Assembly: GCF_964204645.1 (NCBI RefSeq) | Contig: NC_134027.1 | Coordinates: forward strand, 13,486,485-13,550,484 | From: Tubulanus polymorphus | Lineage: Eukaryota; Animalia; Nemertea | Length of the DNA: 64,000 nucleotides | Direction of reading: 5' to 3' | Shown: positions 1-11,513 of the stretch, piece after piece | How the letters are laid out: every line of letters starts with the position of its first letter | Numbering within the stretch: position 1 is the stretch's first letter | Made by a program: the position numbers and the translations under genes | The notes under the pieces: generated by a model | Told to the model about the DNA's origin: nothing | Seen by the model: the letters and a program-made list of their open reading frames with translations, nothing else | Databases searched by the model: none

Positions 1-1008
1 TAATATTTATAATATAGAACCCGAAACATTAGAAGAAAAAGAATATTTTATCAAAGGATTTTTCATGGGTGATGGTTCAGCAGATGTGTATAATTATGTT
101 TGGGGTAATAAATATTGTTGGTATTTATGCAATCAAGACTTAAAATTATTAGAAGGAATTAAGAAATTCTGTGAAGAAGTTTATTCACATAAAACATTTA
201 GCATCATGGATGTTATGAAATCATCAGCAGTTTATAGAATACTTGTAAATAATCCTAAAGATTTTGCTATAAAATATAATGATGAATTCTATATTCATGC
301 AATAGTGAAAAGTAATACTTCAACAAAAGAAAAGATAGTTCCAGATTATGTATTAAATGCAAAAGATAATTTAAGAAAATGGTTCTTCATTGGATTCTAC
401 GCAGCAGATGGTGCTAAAAAATTTTAACTGAAAAAGATTTAACTGAAAAAGTTCAAGATTTATTTGAAATATATAACCCAACAGATTATGTTTATGATTT
501 ATCAACTGAAGATGGCACATTCAACTGTGGATTTCCATTAATTTGCTTCAATACGGATGCGTACATACTAAAAATCAAGACAAATGACATAACAAAAGAC
601 TTAAAAACATTAAAACATCATTTTGATTTTAGCAATTATCCCAAAGATCATGAACTATTTAGCAATGATAATAAAAAGATTCTGAAATGTTTAAAGATGA
701 ATTAGGGGGTGATGAAATTATTGAATTTGTTGGGATAAGAAGTAAAATGTACAGTTACAGAACAAAAGATCATGAAACTAAAAAGTTAAAAGGAATAACA
801 AAACATGTGGTTGATAAACATATAGAATTTCAAGATTATATAAAGTGTTTATATAACTCAATTGTAATGAAACATAAAATGAATTGTTTAAGATCAGAAA
901 ATCACGAGATGTACATTAATGAAGTTGAAAAAACTAGTTTGAATCCATTTGATGATAAAAAGGCATATTTTAGATGATGGTATAAAAACATTACCTTATG
1001 GTTATTAA
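1..1008 (+). pseudogene. Protein-primed family B DNA polymerase (pPolB), 3' part, with intein remnant (<1-552)
   Basis: FKDELGG..IEFVGIRSKMYSY..KKLKGI..SLNPFDDK C-terminus, nearly identical to 53091-53546. Intein LAGLIDADG-like blocks KGFFMGDGS and IGFYAADG, and C-terminal junction GFPLICFN/TDAY. Frameshifts near 425, 685 and 960. Confidence 0.92.
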
Positions 1009-2323
1009 AATGGATCAATATCATCAAACTCGAAATCACTATTGGTTTCTTCTTTTTCATTTAATTGTTCTTGTATAATTTGTTTAGGTTCTTCCATTTC
1101 ATTTTTCTCATTTAAATAAAGTTCTATCTTGTACCATATTTCATCTCGCTCTCTTTGTTTCTTTTTGTTCGTTAATTCATCAAATGGAATTATGATATCG
1201 ATGTTTAAATAATTTTACAATCTTATTTAAAAAGAATTCATAATTAATTGAATCTGTTATTCTATTATCCACATAATATCTTAATATTTGTTTGAATGTT
1301 TCTTTTATATTTTCCATATCTTTTTCTGTTAATTTAGGTTTTTTATAATAATCGTTAAATAATAAATATAAATACATTTTCTTTTCTTGTGTGTTAAATG
1401 ATATGTTAAATGATGTGTTGATGGAATAATTGTTTTTATCATATCTTTTTTAGTTATTTCACCATTTTTATTTTCTATTATTTTCATTTTTTCAAGCCAT
1501 TGCTTATATACTGGCGTATGATCTTCCATAGAAAATGTCTTAAATATTTCATTTTATATATTAATTATGATATTTTAATTTTGGTTCTATAAGAATATCT
1601 CTAGTTTTTTCATCACCCCATAAATTTTTTTGCTATCCACATTCATTACAAAATATCACAGGACCTTCTTGTCTTAAGTACTCATAAATACATTGTGAGC
1701 ATTTTTTTCTATCATAGCTTTGTAATTGATCTTCATTAAGCTCTTGGTATTTTCTTACGTTTTCTTTATGTTTTTATTGTTCTATTATGTAGATTTGAAT
1801 TACTTGTTGTAATAATCAATTTACAATATTTACAATAATATGTTTTTCTTGTTAATTCATTATATTGTTTTTCTAACTTTTCAACTGTTTCTTTATTATC
1901 TGGTAACGTTTTCTCATATTCTGTTTCAAATTCATTAGAAATTTTATCTATATGTTCTTTACGAAATTGATGATTCTCCCAAGCTTCTATATTTTCAGGA
2001 CTAAATTTCATTCGACAAGGCCCACAGAAATGATCTTTTATATTATCCTTATCATAGAATAAGAAAGGTCTTTTCCAAATCATTTCAGGTTCAACTTCAA
2101 CAGAATTACTATTACTTTCGTTACTATCAACATTAGCCGTTGCGCCATTAATTTTACACTTCTCTGAATGTTTTTTAACATAATTTCTTGAGAATAATTT
2201 ATTACATTTTTGGGCAGTTTATTTTAGGGTGTTTATAATTTTCATCACGATTTTCATATGTCGAGCCATATTACTTTTTCTTAGAACTTCACCACAAATT
2301 TCACATCCTATCTTCTCATTCAT
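1005..2323 (-). pseudogene. Multi-zinc-finger protein with C-terminal poxvirus A2/VLTF3-like late transcription factor domain (copy A)
   Basis: Frameshifted ORF pieces 1766-2083, 1329-1529 and 1180-1377, including KLTEKDMENIKETFKQI..DSINYEFFLNKI. Starts at TAAATG (2323). Collinear with 53543-54870. Confidence 0.72.
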
Positions 2324-2391
2324 TTATTAAGGAAAAATTTTATTAAAATTAATTTTTAGTGATGAGCGGTGATTTCTTTATGTTATAAATA

Positions 2392-3147
2392 ATGGTAGAA
2401 TTAAAAGAATATAGAATATCTTTTGATTCAAGAAAACTTACAAATTATAAATCTCATAATTTACTAGTACAATTAGATAGAGAATTTAAGAATTGTGTTG
2501 ATTTAAAATTAGTTAATATAAGTTTATGTAATTCTTTTCATAATATATCGAATAAAAGTCTAGAACATTTAATGTTTTCAATCTTTTACAAAAAAAGGAA
2601 TAAATGGTTTTTTATATATTTAAAACCAGGATTATATAATTTAGATACATTAGCGCAAGAAATTAATAACTCGAGCTAAATTAGGAAGTGATTCCGGATT
2701 TAACATTAATTAGATTTTCAAAAAGTTATAGTTCTAATAAAATAAAGATTAGGTTAGCTCATGATGAACAATTTGAATTTATAGTAAGAAAACCTTTAGC
2801 TAAACTGTTAGGAATTAACCCAAATATTGTTACAGTAAACGCAGAAGGTAGATCAAACTTTCACCTTACACACATTTCTATATTTATTGTAATTTAATTA
2901 ATCCTACAAAAACATTTGAAGCAACTAAAGATACAATTTGTAATTCTAGTATATTAAATATTTTACCATTAAAAATGTTAGACACTTTGGAACGCAAATA
3001 AATTATAATTTAGCTGAATGTGATTTTAAACCTTGTATTCCACATTTCAATAATTTCAAATTAGAAATAAGAAATCACAATGGATACTTAATTGATTTGA
3101 ATAACTTTCCTGTAATTTATGAATTAGTTGTAAGATGTAAAGAGTAA
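2392..3147 (+). pseudogene. Minor capsid protein (penton, Polinton PX-like)
   Basis: N-terminal LKLVNISLCNSFHNIS..LKPGLYNLDTL and C-terminal YIYCNLI..ILPL..GTQINY..KLEIRNHNGYLIDLNNFPVIYEL pattern, typical of single jelly-roll pentons. Frameshifted. Confidence 0.8.
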
Positions 3148-3163
3148 TTTTTTTGATATATAA

Positions 3164-3517
3164 ATGTATATAACCGTTGGACCGAGTATATGTTTTGGGT
3201 TTGATTTTAAACGTGAGAAAGAAATGAAATTTAACATTACTGATGTAATTATACATATCAAAAATATTGCAATTTCTAATGAAACAACATTTGAGTATGA
3301 AACAACAATAGATAAAGAAACTTTAAATGTAGAAAAGATTACTAATTTAATAAGAGAATCTTTAAGATTTTATGAATTAGATGAAGATTTTATCATCGAT
3401 GATATTAAAAAAATAATAATTGAAATATATACAAATGAAACTAGTAATGAAATAAATGTTGAATTAATCATAAATAAGTTAACTAAATATTTTGAAGATA
3501 GTAATTTTTTTGATTAA
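3164..3517 (+). CDS. Hypothetical acidic protein of the element
   Basis: Intact 117 aa ORF with a TAAATG start. Homolog at 61598-61940. Confidence 0.7.
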   Translation: MYITVGPSICFGFDFKREKEMKFNITDVIIHIKNIAISNETTFEYETTIDKETLNVEKITNLIRESLRFYELDEDFIIDDIKKIIIEIYTNETSNEINVELIINKLTKYFEDSNFFD

Positions 3518-3520
3518 TAA

Positions 3521-3772
3521 ATGAGTGATAATAAGTGGATAATAACTGGATTATATAATGGAGCATTACTATCAGTTGGATTTTATAATGGAGCATTACT
3601 ATCAGTTGGAACTGTTGGTTATTCAATGGTATTAAAAAAAGTTTATAAAATGGGAAGTGTTAATGTTGATAGATTTGATATCAATGATATTTTAAAATTA
3701 ACATTATCAGTTACTTTATCTAATTTAACTATTGATTATTTGGAAAAACAAAAATATATTCCTCCTATATAA
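3521..3772 (+). CDS. Small hydrophobic (membrane) protein
   Basis: 83 aa ORF with a TAAATG start. Has an in-frame 30 nt tandem duplication relative to the 73 aa homolog at 61946-62167. Confidence 0.72.
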   Translation: MSDNKWIITGLYNGALLSVGFYNGALLSVGTVGYSMVLKKVYKMGSVNVDRFDINDILKLTLSVTLSNLTIDYLEKQKYIPPI

Positions 3773-3796
3773 ATGCGTAATTATTTTACTAAATAA

Positions 3797-4218
3797 ATGG
3801 CTTCTGCAGTTATAACTATTATAGGATCGCTAATTGTTAACGCTTTAGCATTTACAGGTGGTGGATATTTATTTAAACATATTGATAAAAATGGATCATT
3901 AACAGAACAAAAAAGACATAACTTAGCATTAGAGAAATACAATAAAGCAGCAGAAGAATATAGAGAAAAGAGGCAAAACTATATGGATTATATAAACAAG
4001 GAATTATATGATCAGAAGATTTCACATAGAGATTTTCAATCAGTTGATGATGCAATGAGTTTATATAACGCGGTAACCAATAAAGAAAATTACATCTATA
4101 CAAACCTAAATTATCAGATTATTATACCCCAAGTAAAGAACAACAGAAATATGAAATAATATGGATTTTAGGTGAAACTGTTATTGTTATATTTGTGGCG
4201 TATAGTATTACTAATTAG
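3797..4218 (+). pseudogene. Membrane-associated protein (hydrophobic N-terminus, coiled coil, C-terminal TM after a frameshift)
   Basis: MASAVITIIGSLIVNALAFTGGGYLF..EQKRHNLALEK. An alternative frame ends YEIIWILGETVIVIFVAYSITN*. A homolog starts at 62192. Confidence 0.68.
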
Positions 4219-4237
4219 TAATTTTTTTGCTAAATAA

Positions 4238-4672
4238 ATGGATGATAAAGTTGATTATATTGATATTATTCCTCATGATATAAATAAAACTAAATTAAAA
4301 ATATATTTAGAAAAACAAATATTAGAATTTGAAAGTGATTTAAAAGTTAAAAAGAAAAAATATTTAAAAAGTAAAATTATATATTATTTTATTATTAGTG
4401 GTTCGGTTACAATTAGTTCTGTAATAACATTTCTAGCAATATTCAGTCCATTAACACCTTTAGCTATATCAATTGGTGTGTTAGGATTAAGTTCAAGTGT
4501 ATTAACCGGTATAAGTTCAAAATTAAATATAAAAAGTAATAAAGAAAAAATTAAAATTAATGTAAAAGAAATTAATAAATTGAAGAATACACTAGATTAT
4601 ATAATAAGTTTAAATGGTCATATAACAGTTGAAGAACAAGATAAATTATTAAAAGAATTAATAAATTATTAA
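4238..4672 (+). CDS. Two-transmembrane-helix protein
   Basis: Intact 144 aa ORF with a TAAATG start and two adjacent hydrophobic helices flanked by Lys-rich segments. Confidence 0.72.
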   Translation: MDDKVDYIDIIPHDINKTKLKIYLEKQILEFESDLKVKKKKYLKSKIIYYFIISGSVTISSVITFLAIFSPLTPLAISIGVLGLSSSVLTGISSKLNIKSNKEKIKINVKEINKLKNTLDYIISLNGHITVEEQDKLLKELINY

Positions 4673-4688
4673 TTTCTTAATTATATAA

Positions 4689-6038
4689 ATGGTAGATAGT
4701 TATCCAAAAGCTTTCCAATATAATAAATCAATTAAATATAATATTCCTGCAATAGATTTTAATAAAGATATTACATATAGAAATGAAGTTTTAAATTCAT
4801 TAATTGATTTATATATTTATGTTACTGAAACTAATTATTTTAATGTTAAGATGGAAAATATATTTCATGTGTATACAATTAATTTTAAAAATTTAAATGA
4901 GGCAAAACATTGGTTATTAAAATCTAATATGAAGTATTGGCAGAACCAATTAAATTTTGCTGTTTATTGTGCAACAACAGGATGTGGAATTAGTTGGAAT
5001 GATCATTTAAATAAACCAACTTTACCATTGATGTTATCACATTTTAGATTTCATACTTATTTTCAAATAAAATTGATATTAGATGAATTAGAATGTCCTT
5101 TACCAGGTTCAAAATATTTTAAAGAATTGAATAATAATATTAATTTTTCTAAGTTTTATAAAATATGTAATTAATTTAATATTAATTCAAATAAAGATTT
5201 TAGAGCAAAAATCGGAACAATGGGTGGATTAGGAATATTATATACTAAAGAATTTGGAAAAATAATGAAAAATTCAGATATAAGAACACTAAATTAGAAT
5301 GAATTACCAAAATATTATAATAATATACAACAACAAAATAATAATGGTTGGGTTTATTTCATTTTAGAAAATAGTGAAGGTTTTACTAAAGCTGGTATAC
5401 AAAGAATAAATCAATCAATTAGAACTTATTTAATTTGTATTTTAGGTGCGCAAGTTGAAACAAGATCACCAATAGTTGGAAATGATAACACTTCATTTGA
5501 TGCGCAGAAACAATTCAAAGTATTATTTGAAGATTCCATTCATAATGATAAAAATAGATCGATTCCAGAAAACATTGTAAGATATCAAAATTATTTAGAT
5601 AAATCACATATTAGATTAAATTATTGTATAGGCCCTAATCTATTTATTATTTCTAATGATTTAGTATTAAAGATGGGAAATATAATTGGTTATTATAATC
5701 TAATTAAAACTGCAACAATAAATAATTCATTTGGATTGAATGATATAAATAAAAAGATTATTACTGCTCCAAAATTAATGGAAGGTGAAAAAAATAAAAA
5801 ACATATTCAATCAACAGAAACTAAAACTAATAATATTAAATTAAATAATGATTCTAAACCGGATTATAATACATCAGAAAATGGTGCCGTACGGCACCCA
5901 CACGGTGATATAAAAACTGATAATATTCAACATGAAATAATTAAACTAAATGATGATAATAAATCCCATGAAAATGCTAAATTAGCTATAACTTGTATAG
6001 GAATTGTAATAGGAGGGATATTATATTTTAAATTTTAA
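4689..6038 (+). pseudogene. Hypothetical element protein with C-terminal TM anchor
   Basis: ORFs 4689-5174 and 5673-6038 are joined by coding-like sequence with in-frame stops. WQNQLNFAVYCATTGCG motif. Ends LAITCIGIVIGGILYFKF. Confidence 0.65.
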
Positions 6039-6054
6039 TTTTTCTATTATATAA

Positions 6055-7378
6055 ATGGCAAAAGTAGATATTCCATTGGATCCTTTAGATGACGCTCCTG
6101 GTATAAGAGATGAACAACCACCTGATTTTGATGACACAAGTTTTAATGACGATAATGAAACAGCATATAATTCTAATTTATCAAGACCTGATACTAATGG
6201 ATTTGTTAGTAAAGCACGTTCAAGATTGGACATAGAAAATGAAAATCCAGGTTTATCAAAAAAAGAATTAGAATATGAAGGATTAACTGATAAATTTAAA
6301 CCAATATTTAAAAAAATCTGGTTTCAATATAACTAGTAAAGGTATGAATTATTTAGTAAAAGATTTGAAATATTTGAATGGTGATTATTATTGGCATTTG
6401 AAAGGTGACTATTATTTTAAGATTTCTTCTAATAAAAGTCTCGATAAAATAATAACAAGACCAACTTTAATTAAATTAGAACAATCTAGAATTGAGAAAA
6501 ATCATTAATGATGTTATAACTGATGTTACAGAACAAGATATAACTTTAAATAGAATAGAATTTAAACGAAGAAATGATGATTTTTTGAAGATAATTAATG
6601 AAAATTTAGAACCAGAAACAATTACTAAAGAAGTTAATAATTCCAAAACTAGTAAACTTAAATCAACCGAAGTTCAAACTGAAAAACTTTTACAAAATGG
6701 GTTACTTGATGCAACAGATCAAGAATTAGAAGATTTAAATATATTTTCTGATGAAGCAATTAGAGAAATTTTTAGTATACGAAAGGAAGCTGATAAAATT
6801 TCTGAGATAAAATTAGAACGAGATAAAAAAATTCTGTTTTTAGAAGATAAATTAACTGATAAAAATAAAGAAATAGAACAATTAAAGTCTGATATAGATC
6901 AAGTAATTGATGAAATAGAATATAGGCAAAAAGAATTACGTTTAGAAAAAGAAAAAGATGATTTAGAATATAACATAGAATTACAAAAGAAGAAATTAAA
7001 TTGTTATTAAAATCATATGATTATAATATTAATAGATTAAAAGTTATTTTCAAAGATTTGTTGATAAAACCAAATTCTAAAATATCATTAAAAGATAGAA
7101 TAAAATTATTATTTAAATTAGAAGGAATAACAATTCTTTCAATTCTAACAGCTGTAACTATGTTATTTACAACAATTGGTTTAGCAATATCAAATGCTTT
7201 AAAATCTGCACCAAATCCTAATAAACCGGATAAACCCCCGAATGATAATAATTCTATACAAGATAAAGTTAAAGATGGTTTAAAGAAATTAGCAAAATAT
7301 TTATGGGAACTATCTAAAAAATCTGCTGCAGCATTACCCCGAGTTATTACATTTATATTATATCTGACGCACAATTAA
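6055..7378 (+). pseudogene. Long coiled-coil protein with TM segment; 3' end appears truncated
   Basis: Three consecutive frameshifted ORFs (6055-6336, 6492-7010, 7001-7378) with a heptad-rich middle and hydrophobic GITILSILTAVTMLFTTIGLAI. Confidence 0.62.
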
Positions 7379-7446
7379 ATATTGTAAATTCACAATTAGA
7401 TAGTATTCAATATTAGAAATATAAAGTTAAAATTAACGATATATAA

Positions 7447-8557
7447 ATGGGCGGTAAAAAAACTTCTAATACTAAAGAACAATATTTAAGAAATTTATAT
7501 TACAACCCTGAGAGTTCGGTTGCTTATTCTTCTACCAAAAATATATGGCGTCAAGTAAAACAAGATAAATTAGATAAGATAATCCCACAACATTTAGTTA
7601 AATATAAAGATATAAATGAATTTATGTTAGAACAACCAACATATACAACACATAAAAAAATTATTAGAAAATATAAAACTCGTAAAACTATGGTAAGTTA
7701 TGTAGATCAACAATGGCAAGGAGATTTAATTGATATGAAAAATGTTAAGAAAGATAATGATGATTATTGGTGGTTATTGAATATAATTGATATTTTTAGT
7801 CGTTATGTATGGAGCTTCCCACTTTATAGAAAAGATGCTGTACAAACATCAAATGTTTTAAGAAAATTTCTTTCGGATGATAAACTAAAACCAGAAAAAA
7901 TACAATTTGATGATGGAAAAGAATTTGATAATTCACTTGTTCATGAACTCTAATAATCATAATATTAAATACTTTTCAACAAAATCGGATAAAAAAGCAG
8001 CAGTTGTTGAACGATTTAATAGAACATTAAGAACAAGAATGTGGAAATATTTTACCGCAAATAATACTTTTAAATGGATTGATGTTTTACCAAAATTGAC
8101 AGAAGGATATAATAATTCTTATCATTCTTCTATTGATGCTAGAAAACCTGAAAATGCTGAAATTGTTTGGAATAATTTATATGGAGCATTTCTTGTAGAT
8201 GATTTTGGTGAACCTAGATTTAAAGTTGGTCAAAATGTTAGAATTTCTAAGTATAAAAAGATATTTGACAAGGGATACGATCGAAATTTTACTAGGGAAA
8301 TATATAAAATAAAAAAGATAATAACAACAAAACCATATGTCTATAAATTAGAAGATTTAAATGGTGAAGAAGTTGATGGCTACTTTTACGAAGAAGAATT
8401 AAGTTTAACTACTGAAAATCTAGAACAAGAATATAAAATTGAAAAAGTATTAAAAACAAAAACTGTTAAAAGAAAAAAATATTCTTTAGTAAAATGGGTT
8501 GGATGGCCAGATAAATTCAATGAATGGATATTATCAAGTAAAATTAGAAATATATAA
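7447..8557 (+). pseudogene. Retroviral-type (rve) c-integrase with C-terminal chromodomain
   Basis: WQGDLIDM (D), KIQFDDGKEF (D), AVVERFNRTL (E), YNNSYHSSI, and chromodomain YKIEKVL..LVKWVGWPDKFNEWI. One frameshift near 7950. Confidence 0.95.
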
Positions 8558-9154
8558 ATGAATAAGGAATTATTTATATTTGAGCCTCATAATATGTTAA
8601 TTTCTGGTGTAACAAATTGTGGAAAAACTTATTTTATATTAAATTTATTAGAAACTGTTTATAAAAAACTATTTTGATAATATAGTATTATTTTGTCCAA
8701 CATATGAATTTAATCAAACTTATGATAGAAATATTACTAGAAATGACAAATTTATTATATTAGATCCTAAAACAGCAAAAGAAAATTTAGATAATTGTAT
8801 TAAAATAGCAATAGATATTTATAAAGGATCAAATACATTATTCATTATAGATGATTGTGCAAATTTACATGATTCAAAAATTAGAGGGAGTGAGTTATGT
8901 TAGATAGACATTTTGGGATAACAACTTGGGTTTTAAATCAAAAATATAATTCAATTGTTAAAGATTCTAGAGAAAACATTAGATTTTTAGTTTTATTCTA
9001 CAATAAAGATAGAAAATCGATGAAAAATGCACTTGAGGAAAATGATATTATTCCACATGATTTACATAATGAATATATGGATAAATTGAAAAATAATAAA
9101 AGATCAAAATTACTATTTAGATAACAACACCCATTTAAATATGAATGTATTTAA
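8558..9154 (+). pseudogene. A32/FtsK-like DNA packaging ATPase
   Basis: Hand translation from ATG 8558 gives MLISGVTNCGKT (Walker A), LFIIDDC (Walker B) and RHFGITTWVLNQKY..REN. Frameshifts present. Confidence 0.9.
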
Positions 9155-9440
9155 ATTCAACAGGTTTGTTAATCTATTACATATTTAGTTACATTCTAGT
9201 TGAATTCTAGTTATTGGTATTTGAAACAAAAAATCAACTAAAATTCAACAATATTTTAACTAGCTTGTTAATCTAGTATATTTTTAGTTAAATTCTAGTT
9301 GAATTCTAGTTATTGGTAGTCGGAACAAAAATCAACTAGATTTAACAAGAAATAAATAAGAACAACAATATTTCAACTAGCTTGTTAATCTAGTTGAATT
9401 CTAGTTACATTCTAGTTGAATTCTAGTTGCAACAACACAA
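9155..9440. repeat. Degenerate short-period intergenic repeat (CTAGTTGAATT/AACTAG units)
   Basis: Multiple TTCTAGTTGAATTCTAGTT copies. Related AACTAG-rich spacers occur near 28850, 41650, 42890 and 47770. Confidence 0.75.
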
Positions 9441-9460
9441 CTAATTTGTTTGTTATATAA

Positions 9461-10056
9461 ATGGGAGGTGAAAAGAAAATAAAATCTAAAAATGGTGATG
9501 TTCCAATTGAAAAAACTTTAGATGATTTAGGAATAACAGAAACAAAATTAACTCCAGATGATGGTGCTTTAAATAATGTTACAACAAATAATAATTATGA
9601 ATATTATCTTTATTGTAAACATCAATTAGAAATATTAATAGCATCTGGAAAATGTAAAAATTTTATCGGTAAAAATTTAACTTATAATGAATTAGATACG
9701 ATGAAATCAGATGAAATTATTAGATTATTTAAGATTTATGAAACCGCGAGAATTAATGACGCGATATCAGAAAATGTAGTAAAGGTTATAGTAAATTATG
9801 TAATTATATACTACCAATTGAAGATGAAAATAGATTATATTCCGATTTAAAAAATTATTATTTAGTTATGACTGAATTAAATAAATGGATTGGATATTTA
9901 TCATTTCAATTAGGCGGATTTATGACATTATTATCAACTGGGGTTATAACATTTTCAAATATTGAAAGTAAAAATATTTCTATAATAAATGAACAAGGTG
10001 TAAGAAGTGAAGGAATTAACTGTGAAGAAAAAACCGAGAACTCAGAAACAAATTGA
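9461..10056 (+). pseudogene. Hypothetical element gene X (homolog of 41882-42372 and 43140-43678)
   Basis: Shared YYLxCKHxLE, ARIND, MTELxKWxG and STGVITFSNI blocks. Frameshift near 9785. Confidence 0.75.
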
Positions 10057-10345
10057 ATGGTCTCGGCAATTAGGAATTAAATCACAAGAATATAAAAAAG
10101 CTGTAAAAGAAAAAATAAGTAATAAAAATGGTGAAAATATTGTTATTTCTACTCCTTCTAATAATAGAATATTTGATAAATGTCTATATTTTACAGTTGG
10201 ATTTGTAATTGTATTCATTTTGATTGGGTGTAATTGGTATAAGAAATAAAATAAAATTCATGATATTTATAATTCTGAAACAACTGCTATCAAAAATGAA
10301 AATACTTCTGAAATTCCAAAATTGACAATAAAGAAAATGGATTAA
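9989..10345 (+). pseudogene. Hypothetical element gene Y: basic KKPRxxKQIxW motif plus one TM helix
   Basis: Homologous to 42382-42705 and 43688-44050. TAAATG start at 9989. Confidence 0.7.
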
Positions 10346-10888
10346 TATTTTAGAAAAAAAGCAAAAAAAATAATTTATTTTAATTAATTGAATATCACAC
10401 TACTTTTGTCTATCTATGCGGAGCAATTAAAAAAAGATAAGTCAGATAAGTCATTTCGGATTCTAGATATTCATTATTTTTATTAATTTATTTTTTTTTA
10501 AATTAAATCAACAATTTCTAAATCATGATAGTTTTTATCTTTTCTAATTTCAATATTTTATGTTCAATTTCTTTTGTAACATCAACTAACTTTTTTATTT
10601 CAAATTGTTTTTTGCTGGTTTTATTCTGTTATTTATTGTTGCTAAGAATGCTTTTCTATCTCCCATTCATAAGGAAAAAAAATTATTTGGTGATGAGTGG
10701 GGATTACTTCCCCTTGTATATAACAAGCACGCTATTAACCGTTCTCACCCAAGCCTCACAGCATCTATTTATCCGAGCACAGCTGACGCGCAATCACTGT
10801 ACTACAGTAATAGCACACACGTTAATAACCGTTCTCAGTACCACCTCGCTGTATCGATCTATCCGCGCGCAGTTGTTGTTACGCGCAC

Positions 10889-11513
10889 TCACTGTATATG
10901 TGTATCACAGAGCAATCGTCCGTTCTCACTAGCGCCTAGCTGTGATGAGAGGTGTCTCATACTCGGTTGAATTGAGTTATGATATTTTGAATTAAGATGG
11001 TGGGATTTATTGCTTCGAGTATAATATTTTCCACAATCACATAACACTTTTTCATTAGGTTCATATTTAGGCGTAACAATTTCATTATCTAAGTTACATT
11101 GAACTGCAACATCTTTGAATGATTTTTCATTATCTAATTCACATTGAATACCAATATTTGATGAATTTTCATTATAGATAATTTGTTTATCATCAAAATA
11201 ATCTATTCCTAAAACATAATTACTCAAATTTTGATGGTGTTTTTGTGATTCGAGATGTCTTTTATAATTCCTTTTTGTTATAAATTCATTACAAACTTCA
11301 CATTTTATTTCATCCACATTCATATTTTCTAATCGTTCTTTTCTTTCATTGGAATTTTCTGAAGTTATAAAATCTATAACATTTTTTATATGATTTGAAG
11401 ATTTTTTAATGATGAGATTTATTAGATTTATCGATGTATTTTTTACAATATGGGCGATAATATTGATTTTTATTAACATTATTGTTTTCTGGCTGGTGTT
11501 CATTCTCCCCCAT
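10889..11513 (-). pseudogene. Short zinc-finger protein sharing its N-terminus with pPolB
   Basis: Starts MGENEHQPENNN at TAAATG (11513). The first ~110 codons match 49086-49414, then it diverges to CDCGKYYTRSNKSHH. Confidence 0.7.
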
